Shown: piece after piece, positions 43,138 through 56,362 of the stretch
Position numbering within the stretch: position 1 is the first letter of the stretch
How the letters are laid out: every line of letters starts with the position of its first letter
DNA from: Raja brachyura
Taxonomy: Eukaryota
DNA length: 64,000 nt
Assembly: GCA_963514005.1 (NCBI GenBank)
Contig: OY740812.1
Location: 10,354,001 to 10,418,000, forward strand
Direction: 5' to 3'
Made by a program: the position numbers and the translations under genes
Notes under the pieces: model-generated
Told to the model about the DNA's origin: nothing
Database searches by the model: none
The model's input: the letters and a program-made list of their open reading frames with translations, nothing else

Positions 43138-46120
43138 TATAACCATATAACAACCATATAACAATTAAAGCACGGAAACAGGCCCTCTCGGCCCTTCCAG
43201 TCCGTGCCGACCATTTATTTTCCCCTAGTCCCATCTACCTGCACTCAGACCATACCCCTCCATTCCCTTCTCGTCCATATACCTATCCACTTTACTTTTA
43301 AATGTTAAAATCGATCCTGCCTCCACCACTTCTGCTGGAAGATCATTCCACACAGCCACCACTCTGTCCCTTAATTCTCATGTCATGCCCTCTAGTTTGA
43401 ATCTTCCCTACCCTCAATGGGAAAAGCTTATCCATGTCAACTCTGTCTATCCCTTTCATCATTTTAAAGACCTCAATCAAGTCCCCCCTTAACCTTCTGC
43501 GCTCCAAAGAATAAAGACCTAACTTGTTCAACCTTTCTCTGTAACTTAGTTGCTGGAACCCAGGCAACATTCTAGTAAATCTCCTCTGTACTCCCTCTAT
43601 TTTGTTGACATCCTTCCAATAATTAGGCGACCAAAATTGTACGCCATACTCCAGAATTGGTCTTACCAATGCCTTGTACAATTTTAACATTACTTCTCTA
43701 TTCCTATATTCAGTGCTCTGATTTATAAAGGCCAGCACACCAAAAGCTTTCTTTACCACCCTATCTACATGCGATTCCACCTTCAGGGAACTATGCAGAG
43801 ATTTCCTAGATCCCTCTGTTCCACAGCATTCCTCAATTCCCTACCATTTACCATGTACGTCCTATTTTGATTTGTCCTGCCAAGATGTAGCACTTCACAC
43901 TTATCAGCATTAAACTCCATCTGCCATATTTCAGTCCACTTTTCCAAATGGCCCAAATCTCTCTGTAGACTTTAAAAATCTACTTCATTATCCACAACAC
44001 CACCTATCTTAGTATCATCTGCATACTTACTTATCCAATTTTCCACCCCATCATCCAGATCATTGATGTACATGACAAACAACAGTGGACCCAACACAGA
44101 TCCCTGAGGCACCCCACTGGTCACCGGCTTCCAACCTGACAAACAGCCATCCACCATTACTCTCTGACATCTCCCATTTAGCCACTGTTGAATCCATCTT
44201 GCTACTCTGCCATTAACACCCAAATATTGAACCTTCTTAACCAACCTTCCATGGGGAACCTTGTCAAAGGCCTTACTAAAATCCATATAGACAACATCCA
44301 CTGCTTTACCCTCATCAATTTCCCTAGTAACCTCTTCAAAAAATTCAAGAAGGTTTGTCAAACATGACCTTCCAGGCACAAATCCATGTTGACTGTTCCT
44401 GATCAGACCCTGTTTATCCAGATGCTTATATATATTATCTCTAAGTATCCTTTCCATTAATTTGCCCACCACTGACGTCAAATTAACAGGTCTATAATTG
44501 CTAGGTTTATTCTTTGAACCCTTTTTAAACAATGGAACAACATGCGCAGTACGCCAATCCTCCGGCACTATTCCCGTTTCTAATGCCATTTGAAATATTT
44601 CTGTCATAACTCCTGCTATTTCTACACTAACTTCCCTCAATGTCCTAGGGAATATCCTGTCAGGACCTGGAGACTTATCCACTTTTATATTTTTCAAAAG
44701 TGTCAGTACTTCCTCCTCTTTGAATCTCATAGTTTCCATAGCTACTCTACTTTTTTCCCTTACCTCACAGAGTTCAATATCCTTCTCCTTGGTGAATACC
44801 GAAGAAAATAAATTGTTCAATATCTCCCCCATCTCTTTTGGCTCTGCAGATAGCTGTCCATTCTGGCTCTCTAATGGTCCAATTTTATCCCTCGTTATCG
44901 TTTTGCTATTAATATAGCTGTGGAAACCCTTTGGATTTACTTTCACCTTTCTTGCCAAAGCATCCTCATATCTTCTTTTAGCCTTTCTAATTTATTTCTT
45001 AAGATTCTTTTTACGTTCTTTATACTCCTCTAGCACCTCATTTGCTCCATGCCTCCTATAATTATTGTAGATATCTCTCTTTTTTCAAAACAAGTGTCCA
45101 ATTTCCCTTGAAAACCATGGCTCTTTCCAATTTTTACTATTTCCTTTCAACCGAACAGGGACATAAAGATTCTGTACTCTTACAATTTCCCCTTTAAATG
45201 TCCTCCATTTCTCTTCTACATCCTTCCCATAAAACAAAATGGCCCAATTCACTCCTTTTAAATCCTTACGCATTCCCTCAAAGTTAGCCTTTCTCCAATC
45301 AAAAATCTCAACCCTAGGTCCAGTTCTGACTCTCTCCATAATTATATTGAAACTAATGGTCCCGAAGTGCTCACCAACACATACCTCTGTCACCTGACCT
45401 GCCTCATTTCCTAACAGGAGGTCCAGCACTGCCCCTTCTCTGGTCGATACCTCTATGTATTGCTGCAAAAAACTATCCTGCACACATTTTACAAACTCCA
45501 AACCATCCAGCCCATTTACAGAATGTGTTTCCCAGTCTATTTTTGGAAAATTGAAATCTCCCACAATCACTACCTTGCGCTTACTACTAATATCTGCTAC
45601 CTCCTTACATATTTGCTCTTCCAATTCTCGCTCCCCATTTGGCGGTCTATAATACACCCCTAAAAGTGTTGCTTCACCGTTCCCACTTCTCAGTTCCACC
45701 CAAATAGCCTCCCTAGACGAGCCCTCTAATCTGTCCTGCCAAAGCACTGCTGTAATATCTTCTCTGACAAGCAATGCAACACCTCCACCTCTTGTCCCTC
45801 CAATTCTATCACAACTGAAGCAACGAAATCCTGGAATATTTAGTTTCCAATCACAGCCCTCCTGCAACCATGTTTCACTGATTGCCACAACATCATATTT
45901 CCAGGTGTCAATCCAGGCTTTAAGTTCATCCACCTTTCTTACAATACTCCTAGCATTAAAATATACACATTTTAGAAACCCACCATCCCTTATTCTCTGT
46001 TTATTATCTTTTTCCTCTTTCTCGCCTACATTTTGGGTCCAAGTGCTTCCCTTCTCTGCCTCTTGCCCCACACCCTGTCCCCTAGCCCCCTCTACCGAGT
46101 CCCTCCCCCCAGCCCTTCTA
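43138..46120 (-). mobile_element. CR1 (HER1-like) LINE with near full-length disrupted ORF2 (APE endonuclease plus RT)
   Basis: NARSI...ISETWL...VYYRPP...GDFNF; RT with [23 protein letters not shown] and YADD. In-frame stops at 45085 and 43972, one frameshift near 43.8 kb, and a (TAACCATA)n tail. Confidence 0.95.
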
Positions 46121-47199
46121 GGGGGCAGAATGGCCTCATTCTGCTCCTATCACTTATGACCTTATGATAATGTTTATGATAAATTCTGCATGCCCACATT
46201 TCACTTGGTCTTCAGGGCTGATCTGTCCCGTTACATGTCTACATATTACTTGAGCGACAAAACAATTTTCTGGAGGAATTCAGCGGGTGAGGCAGCATCT
46301 GTAGGGGAAAAAGGAATTGAAAACATTATTCCCCTTTCCACTCAAGATGCTGCTCGACCCATTGCATTCATCCAGCAGATTGTTTGTTTGCCAATATTCC
46401 AGCATTTGCAGTCTATTATGCTTCCATAACACATTATTGTTTGGCTGAGAATGCTGCTTGAGGTGCTGTAAGCATCATCCACACGTGTTTATCTAAAATG
46501 TCTGCACTCTGTACAAAAGCCGTGAGGGTACTTGTACTTGGCAAACACTTCAAGTCTGATATCTGCAAATGGAATTCTGACAAAACGGAGTCTTAACTAT
46601 CTGACTTGAACCTTGAAGAATAGTTTCTGCATGAGTCATGTGAGGTTGCAATGCTTCAGAATTCCTCTTTGTGATGTAAAACAATACCTCACCTAATGAA
46701 GTCTCCGTTGAAGAATAATGGTGAAGAACCATCTGGCAGAAGGTTTCCATCTGAACGTTTGGTAGACAGCTGCTCACAAGAGGAAGTTTGAATGTGTCTC
46801 CAGTCCATGAATACTGACCTACTAGCGACTGTCATTGCAAACCATTGGTGGCCCCTGAAGACTGCCAGGAGCAGCATGTGGCACTCCGTGCAATCATATC
46901 TCCTGGTGAAGTAGTCCTGATTTCAGCATCATTTGACATTGAAGAACAATGGCACAATGATTAAGTAACTGGATTCATGATCCAGTACTTCATCCAATGA
47001 TGAAAAGGTAATTGTCCCAAAATATTAACTTTGTTTCTTTCTCTCCACAGATCACCTGAGTATCTCCAACATTCTCTGGGTATGAACACCTGGCTTATGG
47101 ACACCCTTTGCAACTGATTGAGCTCCAATAAATATTCAAGGACATCTTTAACCTCTTGCTTGTGTGCTCTGCGGTTCCCACCTGCTTCAAAAGGGCATC

Positions 47200-47780
47200 T
47201 ATTGTACTGCTTGCCCAAGAAGAGCACAGTGGCCTATCTCAATGACTTGCATCCACTGTAATGAAGTTGTTCAAACCATTATTTATGGCAGGAATCAACT
47301 CCTGCTTCAGAAATGAATTGGGTTCACTTCAGGTTGCCAATCACCATAACAGGCCAATAGTAGATGCTTTCTTACTGGCTCTGCACTCTGTTCTAGACCA
47401 TCTGGATAACAGGAATACATACTCCAGGCAGCAATTTGTGGTTTTGTACATTAGAAATTGTGTCTCATGCACATATAATTGAGTTTTTTGAAGAGATGAC
47501 CAAGCGGTTTGATGAGGACAGGGAGGTAGATGTACATGGACTTTAGCAAGGCCATTGACAAGGTCCCGTGTGTTAGGCTGGTCTGGAAGGTTAGATCATA
47601 TGAGATCCAGGATGAGCTAGCCAATTGGATACAAAAAATTGGCTTTGTGGAAGGTGTCAGAGAGTTATAATGGAGGGTTTATTTTCAGATTAGGAGCTTG
47701 TGACTAATGGTGTGCTGCAAAAGTTAGTGCTGGATCCTCAGTTGTTTGTGATTAAATTAATGACTTGATAATCATTGTGA
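47200..47780 (+). mobile_element. Adjacent decayed Rex1-like (47200..47435) and CR1 RT (47478..47780) fragments
   Basis: ALHSVLDHLDNRNTY motif, and atggactttagcaaggcc.ttgacaaggtccc (DFSKA.DKVP). Confidence 0.6.
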
Positions 47781-48133
47781 TAAATCATCCCTACAAATAT
47801 TTCTCCTCGCAGCATCCTTTACGTCCAACACTGACCTTCTCTTACATGAAGATGTATTGAAAGGTCAGCACAAGCAGAAATAACGATATCATTTTGCACC
47901 TTCCAAACAATCCAATGCAAATTACCTGAACTGGTTGTAACAGGGCATTTCTTCACCACTCTTAACCTGCAATGGGATACTATGCCTCAAACTCCCTGTG
48001 GATATTAAGTCTGTCTAAAAGGGAATTATTTTCAAGTTCAAACCATTTGCAATATGTTGATCTCCTGCCTGCAGATTATGCTACCTGGTGACCTTCAAGC
48101 TTTGCACACCAGTGATGACACTACCTTGATGAC

Positions 48134-49030
48134 ATAGAACACAACATCTCAGGAAAAGGGCCTTCAGCCCACAATATATGTACCAAACATGATGCTGAGA
48201 TAAACTTTTAGCTGTCTGCACTTGATCTTTATCCCTCCATTCCCTGTATAGCCAGGAGCCGATCCAAAACCTTCTTAAACACCACTATCACAATATTTAC
48301 CTCCACCGGCACCCCTGGCAGTGCATTCTAGGCACAGCACACCCTCAGTGTAAAAACACCGGCTGCACAGATTTATTTTAAACTTTACCCCTCTCACTTT
48401 AAAGCTATGCCGTTTAGTATTTGATATTTCCATCTTGGGAAAAGATTTTGACTGTTAACCCTAGCTATGCTTCTCATGATTTTATATACTTCTGTCAGAT
48501 GTTCTCTCAACCGCTGACATTCCAGAGAAAGAAATACAGGTCTGTCCAACCTCTCCTTGTAACTAATACCCTCTAATCCAGGCATCATTCTGATAAACTC
48601 CTCTGCACCATTTCCAGAGCCTCCACATCTTTCCTGTATTGAGGCTCCAGGACCGCACGTAATACTCGAAATGAAGTCTAACCAAAACCCTATAAACCTG
48701 CATCAGAGCACGGAAACAGGCCCTTCAGCCCAAATTGTATATGCAGACTAAGTTGCCCCATTTAAGCTAGTCCCATTTGCCTTTCATTTGGTTCATATCC
48801 CTCAAAACCTTTCATAGCCATGTCTATTAAATGTTCTTATTGTACCTACCTTAACTTTGACTTCCTGAGTCTTATACTCAATGCCTTGACCAATGAAGAC
48901 AAACATACCATACATCTTCTTTACCACTCTATCTACTTGCATTGCCACTTTCAGAGAGTAATTGGACTCCAAGATCCATCTGTCCATCAATGTTGTTAAG
49001 AGACTTGCCATTAATTATATTTTCTCCTTA
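48134..49030 (-). mobile_element. CR1 3' fragments (nested)
   Basis: MPGLEGISYKERLDR and QVDRVVKK motifs, with CR1 tails. Confidence 0.7.
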
Positions 49031-49562
49031 CATTTAAATGTCCTCATCAATAAGCTGAAACACCCTAAAACAAAAAATAACAATATCTCCATGCAAATGT
49101 TTGCAGCATGAACAGTTTTAAAGCTGGAGTAATCCATTACTCATTTCCATGAGCTCCCAGAGAACACAGATTCCAGTAAACCAGCTGTCACAATGTAAAG
49201 ATTTCCATTCATTTTGAAACCTGCTTAGCTATGCTGACTGAAAATACATCTCCACAACGCTAATTTTTTCTGCACACTGTAAGTGTTGGAACATGTTACT
49301 GATTTATGTGCAACAGAAGCAAGCTCGCCTCTGTAATATCATCAAGGTCAATGTAAATCCCAAGTTAAAGCCGTAAAGTGACGCATACTGTGATTGCAAC
49401 ACTGGGTATCTATCTATCAACTGCGGCACCATGGTTGTGTCAGCATCTGCTGGCAAGCTGGACTCTGCTCCAAATCCATTCGAGTTGGGGAAAGGATTTC
49501 CTCAAGGTGCTCGATTCTTCTCACAGACTTTTCTAGGGGGTTAGATAATTCATTAAGTACAT

Positions 49563-49564
<2 letters not shown>

Positions 49565-49623
<59 letters not shown>
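49565..49623. repeat. (AT)n microsatellite, ~29 units
   Basis: Directly visible. Confidence 0.98.
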
Positions 49624-49627
<4 letters not shown>

Positions 49628-51439
49628 GGTAGACAAAATGCTTAAAAGGAACTGCAGATATCTACTCTGGTTTTCTTAAATCAGCAGCCCCATAACAAAG
49701 GCTTCCAGAAAGTTGGTGCACGAGGCTCCCCTGTTTTGTCTGCTCTCTGCTTGATTCATGAATCTTACATAAGAAGCAGCAGATGCTGGAATCTTGAGCA
49801 AAACCCAAATTACTTGAGGAACTCAGCAGGTCAGGCAGCATATGTGGGTTGAGCTGAGGTATATGACAGTGCTGTTGTTGTGGAACACGTTTCAAGCTGC
49901 ATTTGTGAGCAAGGAATTTGTGCCTTAACCTTGACAAAATGACAGGGCCATGAAGAGGCACCTGCTTTTCTTCTCTGATGCAAACATTGTATCCTTCTAG
50001 ATGCAGGCATGCTAAGTTCTATGTTGGTAAAATAAGTGAAGTAAAATAACATGATCCCCTCCACTGCACTCTATCTATATCAGCCATCTTGATATACAGC
50101 GCCACATTTAATATAAACAGTGCTGTAGTTTGGTGAAGTGGTGTATTTTAAGGGAAGGAATGCTGAAAACAATCAGCATGCGATTCATTCATTATTTTTC
50201 TTGTCTATGGAGTGCACAGGTCAACTTGTTCTACTTCATCTATTTGTTTGTGCACGTCAGGATGATTGCATTAGTCGAAACAGGGTGGACCACGTGAAGG
50301 TTGCAATCTCCCACCCCATTCAGTCAGTAGGCAAGAAGGTAAAATAGGAGCGAATAAATGTCCAAATAATGAAAGAGAAAAGAAGCGAGTATGGGACAAG
50401 TAAAACAAACAATGAAGGTGTGAATGTGAAAAACAGAATGATCATTAGCAGAGATAAAGGTGAAAGGGTTTGATTTTATAGCCAAAGATAGGGAGAACGA
50501 CTTGACATAACGAAAAGGAGCAGGAGAGGGCCATCTGTACTCTTGATCAATGATTCCTAATCTTTTGTCATCCACGATTTTATGACTAGCATTATTCTTT
50601 TAGCTGTCATTTTCCAAGATGATCTAATTTTTCCTATTTGCAATTTTCTTATAATTTGGTGAAAAATTGAGTTTTAATCTGCCCATAATTAAAATTTCAC
50701 ATTAACCAATTGTTCCAGTTTCATTTAAACATACTAATTTTCTATTATTCTAATGTTCTATTATTTATCACTATATTATTATAATTGGCTGTGCTTTATT
50801 AAGCAGATGTTAATTTTATGAAATTATAACTGGTACAGTGTTTTAACCAGTTTCCAAACTGAATGAATTATTTGACGAAAATGTCAAAATGAACTAATTT
50901 TCCAGACTGTCATATCACCAAGTTGCCAATTATTTTTTAACAACTCATTTCTCAGAATCAAGACTTGCTATTTTGTGCAATATGATCTAATCTTACAGAT
51001 GGAGAAGGATAATGCATTTTGGAAGAAGAGTAAAATCCAGATGGATTGAAATTGTTTAGAGGAGTATGGGCCAAATGCAGGCAAATGGGACTGGCACAGA
51101 TAGAGATCTTAGTCGGCAAGGACAAGATGGGCCATTGGGGCGGTTTTCATGCTGTATAAATCTAGGATTAATTTAGCGTCTGAAAAGCACCACAACCATT
51201 ACTCTCTTAGGATCTGGCCATTCTGTGCGTGCAGGAAGTGAATATACAATTCCAGGTCATAGTGCTAAAGTTGCATCCTTGTTTTTTCATACTTTATCCT
51301 TCATTTTTTCCTATCCTAAACTCACTGCGTCTGCTGAATCCTGGTTAAGCAATGTGTTTAATTTTAAATTAGCACTCAAAACCGCGTGGCCAAATAAGAC
51401 TCTCTAACTGCATCTACAAGTTTGCAGGAGACTTTGGCG

Positions 51440-51865
51440 TGCTGCATCATGAACAATGACGAGGAGGACAGGAAGGAGATAGAGAACTTAGTATGTTGGT
51501 GTCAGGACAACAATCTCTCCCTCAATGTCATCAAGACAAAGGAGCTAGTTAACAACTTCAGGAGGTATGGTGGATGCCCCATTCAGCATCAATGGTGTCG
51601 AAGTGGAAATGGTTGAAAGCTTCACGTTTCTTGGTGTCAATATTACCAACGATCTGTTGTTAACCAACCACATTGAAGTGACAACCAAAAAGGCACACCA
51701 GCGCCTCTACTTCCTCAGGAGACTTAGAACATCACCATGTCTTCAATAGGTCTATCAATTGTACTGTGGTTTGGATTTAAGTATAGTATTATCTGATTTG
51801 ATTGAATAGCATGCAAAACAAAGCTTTTGTTGTTATTATTCTTACACGTGACAATAATAAACCTA
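51440..51865 (+). mobile_element. Rex1/Babar-like LINE 3' fragment; similar fragments at 58190..58700 and 63895..64000
   Basis: WCQDNNLSLNVIKTKELV and VESFTFLGVNIT...KKAHQRLYFLRRL, with 3' end GTGACAATAATAAAC. Confidence 0.75.
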
Positions 51866-52869
51866 AATGCTCTCTAGTGTTTGCAAATTTCATCATTGTT
51901 GCGTTGCTTCCTATCTCTATAATCTTCTCCAATCTCAAACTCCAGCCTCTCATAATTGCAGCTTCTCCTTCCACATTTAATCATTACATTTTTGGTAGCT
52001 ATGTCTTCAACTACCAAGTGCCTAAAGTCAGGAATTCCTTTCCCCAACCTCTATTGCATTATTTAAGGCGCTACTTAAAATCTATCTTAACTAATATATT
52101 ATTTGATGTCTATTATATTGCTCAGCTTTAGTCCTTGTTTCATAACAGTCAAGTTTATGTCCACAGGTTGTTTAGTTATGTTAAAATGACGGTACAAATA
52201 AAATCCACCATAGATCCAGCAGTAATCGTTATGGCTTCATTGCGCAACTAGACATATGCGCTGGCACATAAAATGTGTACACCGCTGACATGCAGAAATA
52301 TTGCTTAGACCAGCCTGAAGGTATCCTGTTGTTAATGAGCAGAACAGATCAAGATACATGGTGGCCTGCTGTATGCTATGCAACGTTGCTGTCATGGAGG
52401 GGTGCTCACAGCTCTTATTACCTATTGAAAAAGTAGGCAGAAGGTAGTCATGATGAGGAACAGTGGCACCTGAAGGATGAGGAAAAGAATGAGGGAGGAA
52501 GCAGCAACCTACAAAGTCTCCTTCTGTCTCGGCTGTTCTTGAACCCACATACACCATCAGTCCCACTTTCCCTTGGATATTGATCAGCATATTTTCCAGT
52601 TGACTATATACTGAAAAAATATCATAAACATTCTAAATCAATGTAATCATGGTGCGGAACACCCATTTTTCAATTAATCATCAATGCATTTTTGGTTAGT
52701 GGTTGCCTTTGGTGTTCCTTTGGCCATCCTCATTCTTATACACAGCAGAATCCCAAAGATTATAACATGGCAGGAATCTGGTGAATTTCAGCAGTGAAGA
52801 CTAAACATAGTTGGAGAACAATTGGGTCATCTTTGGCTGAGAAGGTCTTTTTTCTCTCGAGAAAAGGAG

Positions 52870-55800
52870 ACTCTCAATGGAGACTCAACCCTCAAATATT
52901 AAATGATAAGGCTTGTTATGATTATCTGGTTAAACAAATTAAATTGTTTTTTGAGACTAATGATAAACCTGGAATTTCTTTGTCACTTCTTTGGGACACA
53001 TTTAAAGCCTTTATCCGTGGTGATAAATTAGGCGAAGCCTAATATTCGCGCAAGCACACCTTAATAAGGAAAACCGAAAGATTCAACAAAACTTGGAAAA
53101 TGAAATAAAGCAATTAGATATTGAAAATGCAATATCCCCATCTATGGTGATATATAATAAAATTGCAATATTAAAATATAAGCTAAATAAAATATACTCA
53201 AATTATGTTATTAAACTTTTTCAACAGACGTATACTAGTATACTTTGAATTCGGGGATAAACCACAAAAACCTTTGTCACGCCAACTTAGAAAATTATAT
53301 GAGGAAAAAATGATAAATAAAATCAGATCCGAACAAGGAGAAATACTAACTTTACCAAAAGATATTAATGACAGATTTCTGCTTTACTATCAAAAACTTT
53401 ATTCCACCCAACTGACGGGTCAATCTGATGGAATGGAAACATTCCTACATGAATGTCATATTAAAGGTTTAGATCAGGAAGAAAGAGACTTGCTAGATGC
53501 TGAAATATCAGTAAAAGACATCGAGGAATCAATCAGATCGTTGAAAAATGAAAAAGCTGCTGGCCCCGATGGTTTAGGTGTTGAATTTTATAAGAAGTTT
53601 CACGATTTGATTTCCCCACGTTTACAAACAATATATAAATACGCCTATGAACAAGGAAAGTTCCCAGAAACTTTAAATGAATCCACAATCACACTCATTC
53701 CTAAAGCAGATAAGGATCTGGAAGATCCAGGATCATATAGAGCAATTGCTCTTCTAAATACCGATCAAAAAATATTAACTTAAATCTTATCTCAAAGGTT
53801 AAGTTTAGTGATTAATAAATTAATACATCGTGATCAAAGAGGCTTTATTCCCAAACGTTATTCCACTCATAACTTGAGACATCTATTCAATATCATATAT
53901 TCAAAATGAATTAATGATATTGAATTAGTTGTCATATCCCTTGATGCAGAAAAAGCATTCGATCAGGTTGAATGGCCTTATTTATTTAAGATAATGCAGA
54001 AATTTCAATTGGGGGACAGATTTTGTAAATGGGTTAGAATTTTATATTCTAACCCAACAGCAAGAATACTAACAAATCAAATGTTATCAGCCAAATTTAA
54101 TCTCTTTAGGGGTTGTAGACAAGGATGTCCGTTGTCACCTTTATTATTTGCTCTTGCAATAGAACCATTAGCCGAAAGGATTAGATCAGAGCCAGAAATA
54201 TATGGATATAATACCAATACCACAACAAATAAAATATCTTTATATGCAGATGATGTCTTAATATATATTACATACCAGAGATTAGTATTCCAAATCTACT
54301 TAATGTTATAACTGAATTTAGTACATTTTCAGGATATAGAATTAATTGGAATAAAAGTGAAATTATGCCTATAACTGGAAAAAAAATCAAATATACTACA
54401 AAAATTTCCATTTAAAATAGTTACGGACAAAATTAAATATCTAGGAATTAATCTATCTAAATGTTACAATTCTCTATTCAAATCAAATTATCCCCAATTA
54501 TTGAATAAACTAAAAAATAATATTCTATACTGGAAAACACTACCAATATCAATGATCGGCAGAATAAATGCCATAAAAATGTTTTTTTTACCACAACTAT
54601 TATATTTATTTCAAGCTATCCCTCTATACCTCCCTAAAACTTTTTTTTTTTTTTAAATGATTCTATTGTTAATAGCTTTGTTTGGGATTATAAAAGTCAC
54701 AGAATAAGTAAAAAACATTTATGTAAATCTAAGATAAATGGAGGATTAGCACTACCTAATTTTCTATATTACTTCTGGGCGGTTCAGATTAAGAATATTA
54801 ATTTTTGGTTGGTAAATATGGATCAGGAACCAGCTTGGCTAAAAATGGAAAAGGAAGACTGTTTACCTTTCGATATAAGCTCGATTCTCCTTGCTCCAAG
54901 GGAGGTACAAAAAAAAATTATAGGGAAAATCCTATAATCTATAGCAATAGACGTATTTGGAAACAAATAGTTAAGACTCTACATTTGGATAATATGTTGC
55001 TTTGCTTACCAATTATGAATAATCCTTCATTTAAACCCTCTATATTGGATAAGGGGTTTAGACAATGGAAAAAATTAGGAATTATAAGGATAGAATACCT
55101 TTACAGGAAGGGAAAATTTCTCTCATTTCAAGAGTTACAAGATATATATGGATTGCATCCAAATAACTTGTTTAGGTATTTACAAATTAGAGGCTATATC
55201 AAGTCAAACATGCAAGATTATAAAAATAGAGAACTAGGATTATTGGATGAATTGCTCATCAAGCACCCAAATACAGAAAAACTAATAGCATATATATATA
55301 ATACTCTTTTGGATAGGGAAATTCCAACAACAGAATCATACCGACAAATATGGGAAAATGAAACAGGTTTATCTATATTAAAAGACACTTGGGAAGAAAG
55401 TCTACAATGTATACACCGTTGTTCGTTAAATGCCAGACATACCTTGATACAATTCAAAGTATTACATAGATTATATTATTCAAAAACGAAATTAAATAGA
55501 ATTTTTCCTAACATCTCCTCTATTTGCGATAAATGTCGGAATTCAGAAGCTAATTTAACGCATAGTTTTGTAACATGTATAAAACTTAATAGTTATTGGA
55601 CTGAAATTTTTAAAATCATTTCTGTAGTTCTTAAGATTAAATTGGATCCTGACCCAAAGCTAATAATATTAGGAGTTTCAGATTCAAACCTAATATTAAC
55701 AGTAAATCAAATAAATTTTCTTGATTACTGTTTGATAATTGGAAAAAAATTAATATTAAAATTCTGGAAGGGAACATTATCCCCCACAATTAAAATGTGG

Positions 55801-56362
55801 ACAGTGGAAATGTTGGAGACGCTGCATTTGGAGAGAATCAGGTTTGTCCTAATGGACAAATATGAACTTTTTGAACAAATATGGTCTCCATTCACTGACT
55901 ATCTGAAGGGGTAGCTGAGCTCAGCATTGTAACTCAATAAATACCCTGTTGTTGGATTAGATGAAAAGATCTATTCTGAGATTTGTATACACGTCTCTAT
56001 AGATATTGTTATGTGAAATTGTTCCATTCATTGTTAAGAAGAATACTTCAATTTTTTTTTAAATTATATAATAATTGTTTGCTTGTATTACTTTTTATTT
56101 TTATTATTTTTATTGTTGTTTTTTTTAAATGTTTTATTTTTTATTATTTTTATTATGTAATCATAATCAATATTATTTAATCACCATCTTCATTGATTAT
56201 ACACCTATTCTTTCACCTCTTTACTTTCTAAAAAAAATAGAAGCTTATATAAATCATTTCGTAATATTTGTATAACTTTTGAAACAAGTTAAATGTGTAT
56301 TTGAAAAACTGTTATATCATTGGCAACATGCATTGCTTCTAATAAAAACATTAAAAAAAAAA
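52870..56362 (+). mobile_element. L1-clade LINE copy B, 5'-truncated after the endonuclease, RT disrupted
   Basis: KAAGPDG, YRAIALLNTDQK, LDAEKAFD, GCRQGCPLSP, YADD and CDKC...H motifs, AATAAA and A-tail. 12-bp TSD AGGTCTTTTTTC at 52843 and 56364. Confidence 0.95.

Noticed and set aside
46689-46916. Minus-strand ORF ending at an AG|GTGAGG donor
   Set aside because: No recognisable homology, weak acceptor and no partner exons.
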